The notes beneath the pieces were generated by a model. That model did no database searches. It worked only from the letters and a program-made list of their open reading frames with translations, and was not told where the DNA came from. Source: an uncultured Acidiferrobacteraceae bacterium (GTDB lineage Bacteria; Pseudomonadota; Gammaproteobacteria; Acidiferrobacterales; SZUA-150). Taken from it: a stretch of 64,000 nt of DNA. Every line of letters starts with the position of its first letter. Positions within the stretch are counted from its first letter, which is position 1. The stretch is taken from NCBI GenBank assembly GCA_913009895.1, contig CAJVXY010000007.1, positions 15,862 to 79,861 of the forward strand, read 5' to 3'. The translations under genes were made by a program, and so were the position numbers. This document shows positions 24,360-35,308 of this stretch, one piece after another.

Positions 24360-27218
24360 CTAGCTTACTTTACGTTTCATTTCTTCGTGCCGAGCCAGTA
24401 CCGGCGCCAGGAACTGACCGGTATAGGAATGGGCTTGCCGGGCAACTTCTTCCGGGGTGCCGGTGGCAATTACTCTGCCACCGCCATCACCACCTTCCGG
24501 CCCCAGGTCAATAATCCAGTCAGCCGTTTTAATGACATCAAGATTGTGCTCAATAACCACGATGGTGTTGCCGTGATCCCGCAGTCGATGCAGGACTTCC
24601 AGCAAGTGTCTAATATCATGGAAGTGTAACCCGGTCGTGGGCTCATCCAGTATATATAGTGTATTGCCGGTATCGCGCTTCGATAGTTCACGGGAAAGTT
24701 TAATACGCTGGGCTTCGCCACCAGAAAGCGTCGTGGCACTCTGGCCCAGGGTGATATAGGACAAACCCACATCCATCAGGGTGTCCAGCTTACGTTTAAT
24801 GACGGGTACGGCACTAAAAAATTTTGTTGCATCCTCGACCGTCATTTTTAATACATCGTGGATATTCTTGCCTTTAAAAGTTATATCCAGGGTTTCACGG
24901 TTGTAGCGTTTGCCATTACAGACATCGCAGGGCACATATATATCCGGCAGGAAATGCATTTCAACTTTTATCAGTCCATCGCCCTGGCAGGCCTCACACC
25001 TGCCGCCGCGTACGTTAAATGAAAAACGACCTGGCGAATAACCACGGGCCCGCGCTTCCTGGGTGTTGGAAAATATTTCTCTTAAAGGCGTGAACAGGCC
25101 AGTATAAGTTGCCGGGTTGGAGCGGGGGGTGCGCCCAATCGGGCTTTGATCAATATCAACCACCTTGTCGAAATGATCCAGGTGTTTTATTTCATCACAG
25201 GGCGCCGGTTCCAGGCTACTGTTATATAAATGCACGGCCACCGACGAGTAGAGCGTATCGTTAATCAAGGTCGATTTACCGGAACCGGATACGCCAGTAA
25301 CACAGGTCAATAAACCGACCGGGATACTGACACTTATATTTTTTAAGTTATTGCCACGGGCATTTTCGATGATCAATTGTTTGTCAGGTTCCTGGATGGA
25401 ACGGGTTCCTGGTAACGGTATGGTTTCAATGCCAGATAAATAACGACCGGTAATAGAGTCCGGGTGGCTGATGACTTCAGCCGGTGTGCCCTGGGCAATA
25501 ATCTGGCCACCATGAATACCGGCACCGGGTCCGATATCTACAACATAATCAGCCGCCCGGATGGCGTCTTCGTCATGTTCGACCACAATTACCGTGTTAC
25601 CCAGATCGCGCAGGTGTTTCAGCGTAGATAACAACCTCTCATTATCACGTTGGTGTAAACCAATAGAAGGTTCATCCAGCACGTACATGACGCCAACAAG
25701 CCCGGCGCCAATTTGTGAGGCCAGGCGAATGCGCTGGGCCTCGCCACCGGAAAGGGTGTCGGCAGAACGGGACAGGGAAAGATAATCCAGGCCAACATTA
25801 ACCAGGAAACCCAGGCGACTTTTTATTTCCTTGATAATCTTGTCCGCAATTTCTGCGCGGTGTCCGACCAGGCTAAGGCCTTCAAAAAATGCCAGGGCAT
25901 CACCAATCGAGTACTGGGTAACTTCGGTCAAGGATCGTTGCTGGATAAAAACATTCCTGGCCTCTGTGCGCAGGCGTGTGCCGTGACAGGCATCGCAGGG
26001 TTGTTTGCTCTGGAACTTGGCCAGCTCATCCCGGACATGACTGGAATCTGTCTCGCGCATGCGCCTTTCCATGCTTGGGATGATGCCCTCAAAAGCGTGC
26101 TTGCGTTTGTAACTAGAGCCGCGATCGTTCTGGTAAACAAAATTAATGGCCTCATCACCGCTGCCATAAAGAATTATTTTTTGAACTTTTTTTGGAATAG
26201 CAGAAAATGGTTTCTCAATATCAAATTTATAATGTTTTGCCAGTGATTCCAGCATGCTGAAGTAAAAGCCATTACGCCGGTCCCAACCCCGTATGGCACC
26301 TGCTGGCAGGGGCAGGTCGGGTTCATGAACCACTCTTTCCAGGTCAAAAAACTGGCGCATCCCGAGCCCATCACACTCGGGGCAGGCACCGGCGGGGTTA
26401 TTAAATGAGAACAGGCGGGGCTCCAGTTCTGAAAGCGAATAGCCACAATGGGGGCAGGCAAAACGGGAGGAAAATAATATCTCTTCCTGTTTTTCACCCG
26501 CCTCGTCCAGCACAACTACCTTGACCAGGCCTTCGGCCAGCTCAATTGCGGTTTCAAATGATTCGGCCAGGCGTTGTTCCTGGCCAGGTTTAATGACGGC
26601 CCGGTCGACTACCGCTTCAATGCTATGTTTGAAATTCTTTTTCAGTTTTGGTGCCTCGTCGAGACTGGTAACAATGCCGTCTATGCGAGCCCTGATATAT
26701 CCCTGTGTGCGTAAACCCTCCAGGATATGCAGGTGTTCACCCTTGCGATCCTGTATCAGTGGGGCCACCAGCAACAACTTCGTACCGACGGGCAACTCCA
26801 TGACGTGATCCACCATTTGGCTGACTGTCTGCGCCTCCAGGGATACGTCATGGTCAGGACAGCGGGGATCGCCTACCCGGGCGTATAACAACCGTAAGTA
26901 ATCATATATTTCAGTAATCGTACCCACGGTGGAGCGGGGGTTGTGGGAGGTGGATTTTTGCTCAATGGAAATGGCCGGACTCAGGCCCTCGATTAAATCC
27001 ACGTCCGGTTTTTCCATTAAGGACAGGAATTGGCGGGCATAGGCCGACAATGACTCGACATAACGGCGCTGGCCCTCGGCATACAGGGTATCAAAGGCGA
27101 GTGACGATTTGCCCGAGCCAGACAGGCCTGTAATGACAATTAACTTGTCCCGTGGCAGTTCCAGATCGATATTTTTAAGGTTGTGGGTGCGTGCGCCGCG
27201 GATTTTAATACTGTCCAT
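24360..27218 (-). CDS. uvrA: Excinuclease ABC subunit A
   Basis: Start at [17 protein letters not shown]; two Walker A motifs, LSGGEAQRI twice, zinc fingers. Confidence 0.99.
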   Translation of the reverse strand: MDSIKIRGARTHNLKNIDLELPRDKLIVITGLSGSGKSSLAFDTLYAEGQRRYVESLSAYARQFLSLMEKPDVDLIEGLSPAISIEQKSTSHNPRSTVGTITEIYDYLRLLYARVGDPRCPDHDVSLEAQTVSQMVDHVMELPVGTKLLLVAPLIQDRKGEHLHILEGLRTQGYIRARIDGIVTSLDEAPKLKKNFKHSIEAVVDRAVIKPGQEQRLAESFETAIELAEGLVKVVVLDEAGEKQEEILFSSRFACPHCGYSLSELEPRLFSFNNPAGACPECDGLGMRQFFDLERVVHEPDLPLPAGAIRGWDRRNGFYFSMLESLAKHYKFDIEKPFSAIPKKVQKIILYGSGDEAINFVYQNDRGSSYKRKHAFEGIIPSMERRMRETDSSHVRDELAKFQSKQPCDACHGTRLRTEARNVFIQQRSLTEVTQYSIGDALAFFEGLSLVGHRAEIADKIIKEIKSRLGFLVNVGLDYLSLSRSADTLSGGEAQRIRLASQIGAGLVGVMYVLDEPSIGLHQRDNERLLSTLKHLRDLGNTVIVVEHDEDAIRAADYVVDIGPGAGIHGGQIIAQGTPAEVISHPDSITGRYLSGIETIPLPGTRSIQEPDKQLIIENARGNNLKNISVSIPVGLLTCVTGVSGSGKSTLINDTLYSSVAVHLYNSSLEPAPCDEIKHLDHFDKVVDIDQSPIGRTPRSNPATYTGLFTPLREIFSNTQEARARGYSPGRFSFNVRGGRCEACQGDGLIKVEMHFLPDIYVPCDVCNGKRYNRETLDITFKGKNIHDVLKMTVEDATKFFSAVPVIKRKLDTLMDVGLSYITLGQSATTLSGGEAQRIKLSRELSKRDTGNTLYILDEPTTGLHFHDIRHLLEVLHRLRDHGNTIVVIEHNLDVIKTADWIIDLGPEGGDGGGRVIATGTPEEVARQAHSYTGQFLAPVLARHEEMKRKVS

Positions 27219-27360
27219 CAGTGTTCCTGCTTGAAAGTGAACCTGATATATTACGCCGTCCCCGGTGGTCATAGCAAAGGCCATGTGTAGCACCGATAAA
27301 TATAGAGACTGGCATAGTGAGATTGGTAAGTGGTAAACAGGAATATTAAGGTTATCCCCC

Positions 27361-28734
27361 ATGGGCAGTAAAACCCGATCCGGAATCCCGTTGAATGCAC
27401 TGGAAAAACGTGCCCTGTCAGGCCTGGGCACCATATTTGCCTTACGCATGGTGGGGTTGTTTATGGTACTGCCGGTGCTGGCTATTTATGCCCATGACCT
27501 GGCAGGCCAGACCCCGTTATTGATCGGGCTGGCTGTGGGGATTTACGGGCTGACCCAGGCCGGTCTCCAGATACCCATGGGCATGGCCTCAAACTATTGG
27601 GGCCGCAAACGAATCATCGCCATTGGCTTGTTAGTGTTTATTGCCGGTAGTGTCTTAGCCGCCCTGGCTGACTCCATTTACATGCTGATCCTGGGCCGGG
27701 CAGTGCAGGGGGCCGGTGCCATTGCCGCGGCCATGGCAGCCCTGACAGCGGATATGACACGGGAAAACCAGCGCACCAAGGCCATGGCCATTATCGGCGT
27801 GACCATTGGCGGGGCCTTTATGGTGGCCTTGCTGGTGGGGCCATTATTGCAGGTTGTTACCGGCGTTAGCGGTATGTTCTGGCTGGCTGCCGCCATGGCC
27901 ATATTGGCTTTGTTAGTCCTGTTTTTCTGGGTACCAAAACCCGCTCAACTGCCAAAACCCACTGGTGATATTATTGGCCAATTACGCGCTGTTTTTTACA
28001 ATGGCCAGCTCATGCGCATGAATGTGGGCATCTTTTTTCTCCATAGTGTCATGACGGCGCTTTTTGTCGTGATCCCCCTCAGTTTGCTCCATTATGCTGA
28101 TATGCCTGTGGAAGTGCATTGGCAGGCTTATTTGCCCACCATGATTGGCGGGGTGTTGATTATGATCCCCATGATCGGGCTGGCGGAACGCAAACAAAAA
28201 ATGCGCTTAATGTATCTGAGTGCAATATTTTTCGTATTAATTTCACAGGTTATTCTTGGGGCGGCCTATCAGTCACTGACCGGCCTGTTATTAGGCCTGT
28301 GGATTTTCTTTATTGGGTTTAATTTCCTGGAAGCGTCAATTCCCTCGCTGATTTCGAAAGCGGTCGGGCCTGCCAATCGTGGTACGGCCATGGGTGTTTT
28401 TAGTACTTTTGAATTTTTTGGCGCTTTTGCCGGTGGTGCCCTGGCTGGTCTGTTTTATGGCCAGTTTGGTATTGGCAGTGTATTTATTTTGGGCGCTGTT
28501 TTAATGCTGTGCTGGATACTGCTTGCCTGGAACATGGTGGTCGTGGCGCCATTGCAAATGCAGACCGTACCGGTTGTAGATATGGCTGACGACCAGTTGG
28601 CAGAATTGATAAAAGCCCTGGACGAGATTACCGGCGTATCCGAGGTGGTCACTGAAACAGGGGTTCTGCATTTGCGCGTCGATGAAAAAATTCTCGACCG
28701 CCAAAGCCTGGATAAACTTTTAGCCCAGACATAG
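27361..28734 (+). CDS. yajR: MFS transporter, YajR-like
   Basis: 12 TM MFS with small C-terminal domain; conserved uvrA-MFS-ssb arrangement. Confidence 0.85.
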   Translation: MGSKTRSGIPLNALEKRALSGLGTIFALRMVGLFMVLPVLAIYAHDLAGQTPLLIGLAVGIYGLTQAGLQIPMGMASNYWGRKRIIAIGLLVFIAGSVLAALADSIYMLILGRAVQGAGAIAAAMAALTADMTRENQRTKAMAIIGVTIGGAFMVALLVGPLLQVVTGVSGMFWLAAAMAILALLVLFFWVPKPAQLPKPTGDIIGQLRAVFYNGQLMRMNVGIFFLHSVMTALFVVIPLSLLHYADMPVEVHWQAYLPTMIGGVLIMIPMIGLAERKQKMRLMYLSAIFFVLISQVILGAAYQSLTGLLLGLWIFFIGFNFLEASIPSLISKAVGPANRGTAMGVFSTFEFFGAFAGGALAGLFYGQFGIGSVFILGAVLMLCWILLAWNMVVVAPLQMQTVPVVDMADDQLAELIKALDEITGVSEVVTETGVLHLRVDEKILDRQSLDKLLAQT

Positions 28735-28955
28735 ATTTTCCTTGTTTTTAAATAACCGGGCCTGATGATTTCTCTCATTTGCCTGGAGTCTGGTAATGAC
28801 ACTTCCTAAGCCACGGAAATATTGAGATAAATACACAGGCATTGTTTCGCTTGTGGGACTCGGGCTAAACTAGCACCGGTTCCGCGAGGCGATCGGTTTT
28901 ATCACATTAACTTAGTACCTTGCGGTTGTGTTAATACTTAAAAAGGAGAGCATCT

Positions 28956-29420
28956 ATGGCTCGCGGAGTTAATAAAGTCATTCTGGTCGGTAATCTCGGC
29001 CGCGACCCCGAAGTACGTTATTCAGCCAATGGCCAGGCCATTGCCAATGTCACCATTGCCACCACTGAATCCTGGAAAGACAAAAACACCGGCGAAAAAC
29101 AGGAAAAAACCGAATGGCATCGTATTGTCTTTTTCGGGCGTTTAGGCGAAATCGCTGGCGAATACCTGAAAAAAGGTTCCCAGATTTATGTCGAGGGTCG
29201 TCTGCAAACCCGCAAATGGCAAGATAAGGAAGGCAAAGATCGTTATACCACTGAGATCGTGGCCAACGAGATGCAGATGCTGGGCAGTAAAGGCGGCGCG
29301 GCTTCTGGTGAGTACGCCGGTCAATCGTCATCTCAGGCATCTGATTCGAAATCAGCACCAGCTCAGCCTGCTACACAGACAACAGGCGCCGATGATTTTG
29401 ATGACGATATCCCGTTCTAG
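28956..29420 (+). CDS. ssb: Single-stranded DNA-binding protein
   Basis: [19 protein letters not shown] tail. Confidence 0.99.
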   Translation: MARGVNKVILVGNLGRDPEVRYSANGQAIANVTIATTESWKDKNTGEKQEKTEWHRIVFFGRLGEIAGEYLKKGSQIYVEGRLQTRKWQDKEGKDRYTTEIVANEMQMLGSKGGAASGEYAGQSSSQASDSKSAPAQPATQTTGADDFDDDIPF

Positions 29421-29430
29421 CAGACATCAC

Positions 29431-29553
29431 GTCACACCGGTGTACACCTACAGGGATGTAGGTGGTACGAGCCCACGGATGGGCGAAGGTAGAACAATGC
29501 AGGAGCAATTGTCGAGAGCGACGTAGGATGCTAAAGCCGAAACCGGTGTCCAG
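29431..29553 (+). repeat. REP-like palindrome interrupted by two nested 48-nt cassettes
   Basis: GTCACACCGGTGTA|..|AACCGGTGTCCAG host; cassette A 29445-29467 plus 29516-29540; cassette C 29468-29515. Confidence 0.8.
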
Positions 29554-29585
29554 TTGTAAAGTCTAAATTACCAAATGTATTATCC

Positions 29586-29613
29586 AGGCCCCTATTGTTT
29601 AGGGGCTTTTTTT
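29586..29613 (+). terminator. ssb terminator
   Basis: AGGCCCCTA-TTGTT-TAGGGGCTTTTTTT. Confidence 0.75.
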
Positions 29614-29657
29614 ATATTTAAAAAATACAGCAGGTAAAGATAGCCGACGGAGGGTAC

Positions 29658-29692
29658 TTGACTTGCCCGTTAATTTGGGAAATAATTCCCAA
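29658..29692 (+). promoter_or_regulatory. sigma70 promoter overlapped by a palindromic operator
   Basis: TTGACT-N17-AATAAT; TTGGGAA-ATAA-TTCCCAA (29675-29692) covers the -10 box. Confidence 0.6.
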
Positions 29693-29777
29693 TATCGATG
29701 ATAGCTGAAAGGAATTAGCAATCTCGCATTTTATAGAATTTTTAAAACCTAATACGATCGATCAAGGAGAAGGGAAA

Positions 29778-30719
29778 ATGGAAAAAAATGGTATTAAACT
29801 GATATTTTCAGTATTTTTAGCGCTCATTTTGGCTGGTTGTGGCACTTCAGGCACAGATGGCGGTACAAATGGCACGAAAAGCATTTCAAAAGGTGAAATC
29901 ACCACAAAAACTACAACTTCTATCACAGTCAATAAAACACAATTCAGCTCTACCAGTGCTGATATTGTGACTGAAGATACCGGTGGTAGTGCTGAGTCTG
30001 AAATTGTGGTCGGCATGGTGGTCAAGGTGACCAGTGAAGATGGTGTGGTTGAAGAAATTGAGTATGACGAAGAGCTGGAAGGGCCGATTGCCGATGATCC
30101 TACAGGTGTTGGCACACTAGACAGAACATTCACTGTACTAGGCACTACTGTGGTTGTTGACGGCAGTACTGTTTACGGCAGCAACGATGTCGGTGTCCCT
30201 TACGCAGCAGCTGATATCGTCAAGCATCACGTGGTCGAGGTGAGTGGTTTTTATCAAATGGACGGCAGTTTGCTCGCCACCTATATTGAAATGAACGGTA
30301 CCCACCCTGCTAATAGTGAAGCAGAAATTAAAGGCGTAATCACACTTCTGAGTCCAACTCAGTTTACAATTGGTGGTGCCACCATCAAGTATGATTCAAG
30401 CATTATAAAACCGGACGAATTCCCATCTGGTTTGGACAATGGTATTTATGTTGAAGTTGAAGGCACACTTGATGGCGCAAGTTTCACAACCATTGTTGCC
30501 AAGGAAATCGAAAACGAAACTGAAGATGAAGGCAGCGAAGTTGAAGTTGAGGGCGTAGTCACAGGTTATGTGTCCGATGCTGATTTCATGGTCAACGGTA
30601 TTAAGGTGGATGCCTCTGGCGCAGACATAAGCGTAACGATTGCTGATGGCGTGATGGTCGATGTTGAAGGCACCATGGTCGGCGGTGTACTGGTAGCGAC
30701 TCAAGTTGAGGGTACCTAA
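29778..30719 (+). CDS. DUF5666-domain lipoprotein
   Basis: Lipobox LAGC; repeated GMVVKV / VEVSG / VEVEG units; very acidic. Confidence 0.8.
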   Translation: MEKNGIKLIFSVFLALILAGCGTSGTDGGTNGTKSISKGEITTKTTTSITVNKTQFSSTSADIVTEDTGGSAESEIVVGMVVKVTSEDGVVEEIEYDEELEGPIADDPTGVGTLDRTFTVLGTTVVVDGSTVYGSNDVGVPYAAADIVKHHVVEVSGFYQMDGSLLATYIEMNGTHPANSEAEIKGVITLLSPTQFTIGGATIKYDSSIIKPDEFPSGLDNGIYVEVEGTLDGASFTTIVAKEIENETEDEGSEVEVEGVVTGYVSDADFMVNGIKVDASGADISVTIADGVMVDVEGTMVGGVLVATQVEGT

Positions 30720-30769
30720 GACAAGCCTGGATTATTCAACAGGATTCCTCCAGTAAATGGGAGGGGGAG

Positions 30770-30814
30770 AGCTGCCGGTGACAAGGATACGTTGTCGGCG
30801 GCTTGTTTTTGTTT
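30770..30814 (+). terminator. Intra-operon terminator-like hairpin
   Basis: AGCTGCCGGTGAC-AAGGATAC-GTTGTCGGCGGCT then TGTTTTTGTTT. Confidence 0.5.
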
Positions 30815-30850
30815 GGCAGATAATTGATTTTCTTATTAGCTTTTTAAAAA

Positions 30851-31684
30851 ATGACTGAATCAAAATTACATCAGTTGTTGTCAGCAGCAGTCGTCAGGCT
30901 GCTAAGGCCGTTGGTACGCCTGTTAATACGCAATGGTATGTCTTTCGGAACTTTCTCTGACCTGGCAAAAAGAGTGTTTGTCGATATTGCCGATAAGGAT
31001 TTTGCCATTGATGGCAAAAAACAAACGGTCTCCCGTGTTTCAGTGATAACTGGCCTGTCACGTAAAGAAGTTTCACGAGTGTTATCCCTGCCCGCAGTTG
31101 CCGACGATTCAGCCCAGCAAGAACAGTACAACCGTGCTGCCCGAATTATCAGTGGCTGGGTCAATGATCCGGATTTTCAGAATCAAAATGACCAGCCCGC
31201 CGAGTTATCAATTGAGGGCAATGAAAAAAGTTTTTCCAGCCTGGTGAAAAAGTACAGTGGTGATGTGCCTGTGCGTGCCTTGCTGGATGAGTTGCTTAGG
31301 GTAGGCGCAGTCATAAAGCAGAAAAATAATATGTTGTTATTGAAGGAACGTGCATACGTGCCGCGGGCCGGTGACCTGGAAAATGTCGCCATACTCGGGG
31401 TTGATGTGGCCGGGTTACTCAACACCATTGATAATAACCTGCGGCCTGATGAACGGCAGTCATTATTTCAGCGCAAGGTTTATTATGACAATTTGCCGGA
31501 AGAGGCATTACAAGAGTTGCGGGAGATGACGCGAGAACATGGCCAGGCCTTACTGGAAAAACTGAATAAATGGATGATGCAACAGGATCGCGATACCAGT
31601 GCAAACAGTAGTGGTACCGGTCGTATGGCCGCCGGGGTGGGTGTGTATCTTTTTGAGGAAAGGATTAACGAGGAGATAAAGTGA
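30851..31684 (+). CDS. DUF6502 family protein (predicted HTH-containing)
   Basis: LLRPLVRLLIRNG, SRVSVITGLSRKEV, ISGWVNDPDF, SFSSLV..DVPVRALLDEL, FQRKVYYD, GVGVY. Confidence 0.82.
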   Translation: MTESKLHQLLSAAVVRLLRPLVRLLIRNGMSFGTFSDLAKRVFVDIADKDFAIDGKKQTVSRVSVITGLSRKEVSRVLSLPAVADDSAQQEQYNRAARIISGWVNDPDFQNQNDQPAELSIEGNEKSFSSLVKKYSGDVPVRALLDELLRVGAVIKQKNNMLLLKERAYVPRAGDLENVAILGVDVAGLLNTIDNNLRPDERQSLFQRKVYYDNLPEEALQELREMTREHGQALLEKLNKWMMQQDRDTSANSSGTGRMAAGVGVYLFEERINEEIK

Positions 31685-33159
31685 TGAACACACAAAGAAT
31701 GATCAAATATAGTTTGGTGTTGGCGATCTCCTTGCTAACTGCCTGTAATGGCGGCATTGGTGGAACCGGTGGCAAGGGCGGCGGCGGTGGCTCAAAAAAT
31801 GATATTTCAATTGGCACCGTCACAGCCACGGGTAGTGTCCAGGTAAACGGCGTTACTTTTAATACTTCCTCGGCGACAGTCACAATTGATGAGCTTGGTG
31901 CCCTTGAGACAGATCTTAAACAGGGCATGGTGGTAGAGGTCCGGGGCAGCATCAACAGCGAAACCGCTGGTAGCGCCGATACTGTGGCCGCTGAAGCGGT
32001 TGTCAAAGGACCAATCACTGCCATGCCTGTGAGCAACACACTGCAAATAGAGGTGTTAAAACAACTGGTCTTGCTTGATTCAGCAACCATTTTTATCGAT
32101 AGCAGTGGCGTTGTTATAACGTTGGACGTTTTTATTACCAATACAACTAATGGCGAACTGGTCGAGGTCAGCGGATTTGTCAAAGATAACGGTGTAATAG
32201 CGGCAACCCGAATTGAAAAGAAAACCAGTCTCGATGATTATAAGCTTAAGGGCATGATAACAAGAAAGTCAGCGACCACGTTTAATATCGGTACCCAGCT
32301 TGTGAATTTCTTTGGCGCGGATGTCAGTGATTTGCCTGGCGGCGCACTACCAGTTGATGATTCGTTGGTTGAAGTCAAAGCATCAATACCGTTGGGCGGT
32401 GGCGGTGAACTAGTCGCCATCCGGGTAGAGCTGGAAACAATACGCAATTCTGAAGGCTCAAAAATCGAACTGGAAGGTTATGTCACTGATGCGACTAGAG
32501 CGCCGGGGACTTTTTTCATTGGTAGCCAGGAGATACAAACCAATGGCGCAACAATATTTACTGGCGGTTTGCCTGCTGATATAAGATTGGGTGCTGAGGT
32601 CGAAGTGGAGGGCCAGATAACCCTTGGCATATTGATCGCCGATCAAGTCGAGTTTGAGTCCAATACCGAGGTTGAGGCGAAAACAACTGGTGTAACTATA
32701 GATGCTACAGGCGGTGGCATCATTACGCTTGATCTAGGTGGTGTGGATGATTTGGTTGTAGTAGTTACTGAGAATACAGAAATATCTACCCTTGACCTTG
32801 CAGGCAATAACCTGCTCTCGGATCTGGCAGCCAACGGTGGTAACCATATTCAGGTTAGCGGTAGTTATGATGCCGCTGCTCGAAACATTATTGCCACGAG
32901 TATTGAGGAAAAGACTGCCGACATTGATATTATTTTACAGGGTTCGGTCACCAAAATAACAAATACCGCACCACGATCAATAGAGATAATGGGTGTTACC
33001 GTCATACCTGATGGATCAGCGGTATATCGGGACGTGAATGACTTGCTAATTACCGACTTTGCTGCATTTCAGATACGGGTCTCCGTGGGGTCAATCGTAA
33101 AAGCAAAGAGCAAACAAAATGCACCTGTCTTATGGGATAAGCTAAGACTGAAATATTAA
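31684..33159 (+). CDS. DUF5666-domain lipoprotein
   Basis: Lipobox LTAC then GGIGGTG; repeated GMVVEVRG / VEVSG / VEVEG units; start overlaps the upstream stop. Confidence 0.82.
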   Translation: MNTQRMIKYSLVLAISLLTACNGGIGGTGGKGGGGGSKNDISIGTVTATGSVQVNGVTFNTSSATVTIDELGALETDLKQGMVVEVRGSINSETAGSADTVAAEAVVKGPITAMPVSNTLQIEVLKQLVLLDSATIFIDSSGVVITLDVFITNTTNGELVEVSGFVKDNGVIAATRIEKKTSLDDYKLKGMITRKSATTFNIGTQLVNFFGADVSDLPGGALPVDDSLVEVKASIPLGGGGELVAIRVELETIRNSEGSKIELEGYVTDATRAPGTFFIGSQEIQTNGATIFTGGLPADIRLGAEVEVEGQITLGILIADQVEFESNTEVEAKTTGVTIDATGGGIITLDLGGVDDLVVVVTENTEISTLDLAGNNLLSDLAANGGNHIQVSGSYDAAARNIIATSIEEKTADIDIILQGSVTKITNTAPRSIEIMGVTVIPDGSAVYRDVNDLLITDFAAFQIRVSVGSIVKAKSKQNAPVLWDKLRLKY

Positions 33160-33196
33160 TTTAATATTATATTTGCGATTTGATTCACACTTACAT

Positions 33197-33541
33197 TTAC
33201 CCGGGCGGCCAATGCATCTGGCGGCCGGCCAGCAAGTGCAGGTGGATGTGATAAACGGATTGACCTGCTTCGGCATTACAATTGATTACTGTTCGATACC
33301 CTGAGTCTGCCACGCCTTCATCTTCAGCAATTTTTTTTGCCGCCGTAAAAAGGTGACCAATTAACAGGCTATGCTCCTGTTGCAGATCGTTAAGGGTGGC
33401 AATATGAATTTTGGGAACAATCAGGACATGCAGGGGTGCTTGTGGATTGATATCACGGAAGGCAAAGACGTGCTCATCCTGATAAACACTATCGGTCGGA
33501 ATTTTGCCCGCGATCATTTTGCAAAACAGACAGTCACTCAT
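33197..33541 (-). CDS. hinT: HIT family purine nucleoside phosphoramidase
   Basis: DCLFCK..AGQSVYHIHLHLL histidine triad. Confidence 0.93.
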   Translation of the reverse strand: MSDCLFCKMIAGKIPTDSVYQDEHVFAFRDINPQAPLHVLIVPKIHIATLNDLQQEHSLLIGHLFTAAKKIAEDEGVADSGYRTVINCNAEAGQSVYHIHLHLLAGRQMHWPPG

Positions 33542-33649
33542 TGATACTTACCCGCGGTTTTAAAGATAACATAAAATCCCGATGCCAGAACGCCTCTGGA
33601 TAAGTCTTACGAATAATCTGCCACAACTTTAACACAGCACCCGCCAAAG

Positions 33650-34294
33650 ATGGTATTTTCAATGTTTAGTATTGCCAGTGAAATAAGTGCCGTGAGTCAA
33701 CTACGTGTAAAAGCCCTGGGGGGTCCTGAATTTGGCCCAATTGATCTTGATGTCGACCAGGGTCAATGTGTTTGTTTATCCGGGCCATCGGGTGCCGGCA
33801 AAACCATGTTAATGCGGTCTATTGTTGATCTCGATGATCATCAGGGCGAGGTGTGGGTGAATGGACAAACCGCATCATCAATGAGCGGGCCTTGCTGGCG
33901 AAAACAGGTCGGTTTTTTGCCAGCCCATAGTCACTGGTGGTTTGAAACCGTGGCGGAGCACTTGTCTGAGGTTGAACCTGCTTCCCTGGGAGCACTTGGA
34001 TTCGAGAATGACATTTTAGACAAGCCTGTTACCCGGCTTTCCACCGGCGAACAACAACGACTGGCTCTAATTCGGCTACTGGCAAACAAGCCGACAGTGC
34101 TTTTGCTGGATGAGCCTACCGCCAGTCTCGATCGGGAAAATGTGGCGCGTATTGAGTCGCTGGTTAAACAATATCGGCAGCAGCACAACGTTGCTGTCCT
34201 GTGGGTCAGTCACGATCAGGACCAGATTAAAAGAGTGGCCACACGGCAGCTCACCATTGAGCAAGGACAGCTAACAGGCGAACAATCATGGTGA
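33650..34294 (+). CDS. fetA: ABC transporter ATP-binding protein, FetA/YbbL-like (start uncertain, GTG 33692 possible)
   Basis: GPSGAGKT, LSTGEQQR, LLLDEPT, VSH. Confidence 0.75.
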   Translation: MVFSMFSIASEISAVSQLRVKALGGPEFGPIDLDVDQGQCVCLSGPSGAGKTMLMRSIVDLDDHQGEVWVNGQTASSMSGPCWRKQVGFLPAHSHWWFETVAEHLSEVEPASLGALGFENDILDKPVTRLSTGEQQRLALIRLLANKPTVLLLDEPTASLDRENVARIESLVKQYRQQHNVAVLWVSHDQDQIKRVATRQLTIEQGQLTGEQSW

Positions 34295-35088
34295 TTACCC
34301 TGACGCCCATCGACCTGGCCGTGGCGGCCTTGCTGGTGATTGCCCTGGCGGCGGTTTCGTGGCGGATGAAGCTGGGTGTGAGCAGTCAGCTGCTTGTTGC
34401 CGGGATCAGAACCATAATCCAGTTGCTGTTAGTCGGGTTGGTACTCAAGGTCCTGTTTGCCAATGCGGATTTGGGCTGGGTATTAATTATGGCAGTGGTG
34501 ATGTTACTGGCCGCGGGCCGGGAAGTGGTTGCTCGCCAACAACGCAAATTCAAAGGGGCCTGGGGTTTTGGTGTCGGCGTCAGCTCCATGTTTGTCTCCA
34601 CTTTTGTTATCACGTTATTTTCCCTGGTGGTCATTATTGGTGTAAAGCCCTGGTATGACCCGCAATATTCCATTCCGTTATTAGGCATGATGCTGGGCAA
34701 TACCATGAACGGTATTGCATTAAGCATGGATAGATTGCTGTACAGCTGCTGGCAACAAAGAGACGTTATTGAGGCCCGTTTATTAATGGGCCATTCAAGA
34801 GATGATGCCATTGGCAGTATACGCAAAGAAAGTATGCGCACAGGTATGATGCCAATGATTAATGCCATGGCTGCGGCCGGGATCGTTAGCTTGCCTGGCT
34901 TGATGACCGGCCAGATTCTCAGCGGTACAGAACCCCTTGAAGCGGTGAAGTATCAAATCCTGATTATGTTTATGATAACTGCCGGTGCCGGTTTTGGTAC
35001 CCTGGTTGCGGTCCAGTTAACAAGCCGTAGATTGTTTGATGAACGACACCGGTTACGACTCGACCACCTGGAGACTGTCAAGTCCTGA
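34288..35088 (+). CDS. fetB: ABC transporter permease FetB/YbbM (UPF0014)
   Basis: IPLLGMMLGN, GIVSLPGLMTGQILSG, AVKYQI. Confidence 0.88.
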   Translation: MVITLTPIDLAVAALLVIALAAVSWRMKLGVSSQLLVAGIRTIIQLLLVGLVLKVLFANADLGWVLIMAVVMLLAAGREVVARQQRKFKGAWGFGVGVSSMFVSTFVITLFSLVVIIGVKPWYDPQYSIPLLGMMLGNTMNGIALSMDRLLYSCWQQRDVIEARLLMGHSRDDAIGSIRKESMRTGMMPMINAMAAAGIVSLPGLMTGQILSGTEPLEAVKYQILIMFMITAGAGFGTLVAVQLTSRRLFDERHRLRLDHLETVKS

Positions 35089-35308
35089 CCAGGACTGGAA
35101 ATTACTTTTTTTGTTCAGGAACTTGCCACAGGTGCCAAAGTCGAAGTTAATGTCGGTTTTTTGGCGATGGTCATGGGCACAAATAAGTTGGAATAAATGC
35201 CCGTACTTGTGAATCTTATCTCAATAAACAAAAGTCTCGTATTATTTTATTGGTTATAACCTATTGATTATTAACATTATTAAAAAAGATAACAAGATGG
35301 AGAAAAGA

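Noticed and set aside
27243-27258. Possible LexA box upstream of uvrA (CTGATATATTACGCCG)
   Set aside because: The right half is CCG rather than CAG; too degenerate to call.
27219-27449. 77-aa N-terminal extension of UvrA in the ORF track
   Set aside because: It overlaps the divergent MFS gene; the conserved start is [10 protein letters not shown] at 27218. The longer ORF-track starts for rplW, rpsS, rplO, ruvA, cpoB and the OmpA protein were trimmed for the same reason.
29188-29526. 112-aa ORF overlapping ssb, and ORFs at 41187-41542 and 43167-43409
   Set aside because: These are by-products of REP and cassette sequence or frame overlap, not independent genes.
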